A DNA stretch of 64,000 nucleotides from Marsupella aquatica (lineage: Eukaryota; Plantae; Marchantiophyta): positions 10,520,283 through 10,584,282 of the forward strand of contig OZ316892.1 of assembly GCA_973895155.1 (NCBI GenBank), read 5' to 3'. This document shows, piece by piece, positions 63,063 through 64,000 of the stretch. How positions within the stretch are numbered: the first letter of the stretch is position 1; every line of letters begins with the position of its first letter. The notes below the pieces were generated by a model. The model was not told the origin of the DNA. It saw nothing but the letters and a program-made list of their open reading frames with translations, and did no database searches. Position numbers and translations under genes: made by a program.

Positions 63063-64000
63063 TCCAAGTTATATATTACCTACTGTACTTCTTTTATCAT
63101 ACAATAAATCGATACATATCACTACAAGACAAAAAAGAGGCATTTTCCAGGATGAACATGCTATATTTGAAAACATCCATTTCATATCTAGCTCCCAATT
63201 TAGTGGAGAATTACAGTAGTTAAGGGGTAAGGAGCGGCCAACAGAAAGAAAATGATCTTGGACACTAAACGAAGCCCATACAATTACCAGCATCTAAAAT
63301 GACTTCATAAACAATCCAATACATCCATGTCAATCATGTCATCGATCATTTGTGCCATGCAACAGTTTCAACCCACATCTTGTTTCATTTTCACTGTTAG
63401 CTCCATATTCTCTTGAAATCAGACATTGTGAAATGACACAGTGATCCTCGTCCCACAATTTCATTCAAAGCACACTCCTCTAGTTTGTTGTCAGGTCCTC
63501 AAGACATTTGCAAGCCCGTTTGCAAGCTTGCATTTGAATGTATCAAGTGGCTGATTGGGTTTTGTGAGTAATTTGAGTTTTTCAATTGTTTCCTACAAAG
63601 TGCAAAGGGAAAAAATATAAACCCATCCAAGCTCATGTGTGCACCTTTCTGGCATCCAATGTCTCCGTTGGTAAAATTAATAACAAAAATTGTGGCATTT
63701 ATCATGTACCTTTGGTGCATTTTCTCCACGTTCAAATCCACTGTACTTGACCTCAAGGGATATCCAAGACGAGGCTTCCATCCACCATTGCAAAATGTCA
63801 TTGCTTCATAGTTTGGCCCTAAGGACACCTGTGTCCCACTTATAGACTTATAATTTATACTATATTTGGATCATCAGCTCATCATCCTATTGAAGTGATC
63901 TATCTTTTGTTCAAAATTGACTCAAATTCTGGATTATAGTTAGTTTAGCCTTCCCAGTGTTAGTTAACCTTAGATTAGTTTGGGATGAGATCCATTTATT

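Overview
Eukaryotic land-plant nuclear DNA, probably a bryophyte and most likely a liverwort (inferred from a bifunctional CPS/KS-type diterpene synthase and the intron style). Gene models were assembled by hand from splice signals and frame continuity. In order: the 3' part of an intact-looking L1-type LINE (RT + zf-RVT, A-rich tail); a 5-exon HSBP gene with a U12 AT-AC intron; an intronless eIF3i gene; a possible small orphan ORF; a 14-exon minus-strand bifunctional ent-CPP/ent-kaurene synthase; an 8-exon DnaJ (ATJ6/DNAJC9-like) gene; and two tandem 7-exon genes for secreted SERK-ectodomain-like LRR proteins without kinase domains. Intergenic DNA holds several non-autonomous Helitrons with subterminal minisatellites, one carrying a PIF1-helicase remnant, plus many local duplications. 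The most unusual observation is in the CPS/KS gene: two tandem, diverged, intact first exons, each encoding a plastid transit peptide and ending in a phase-1 donor that fits the shared exon 2. The same gene has a W-box-bearing triplicated intron element, a GC-AG intron and a ~70-bp minisatellite just after its stop codon. No rRNA, tRNA or CRISPR array is supported. No database searches were run; family assignments come from motif recognition and remembered sequences.
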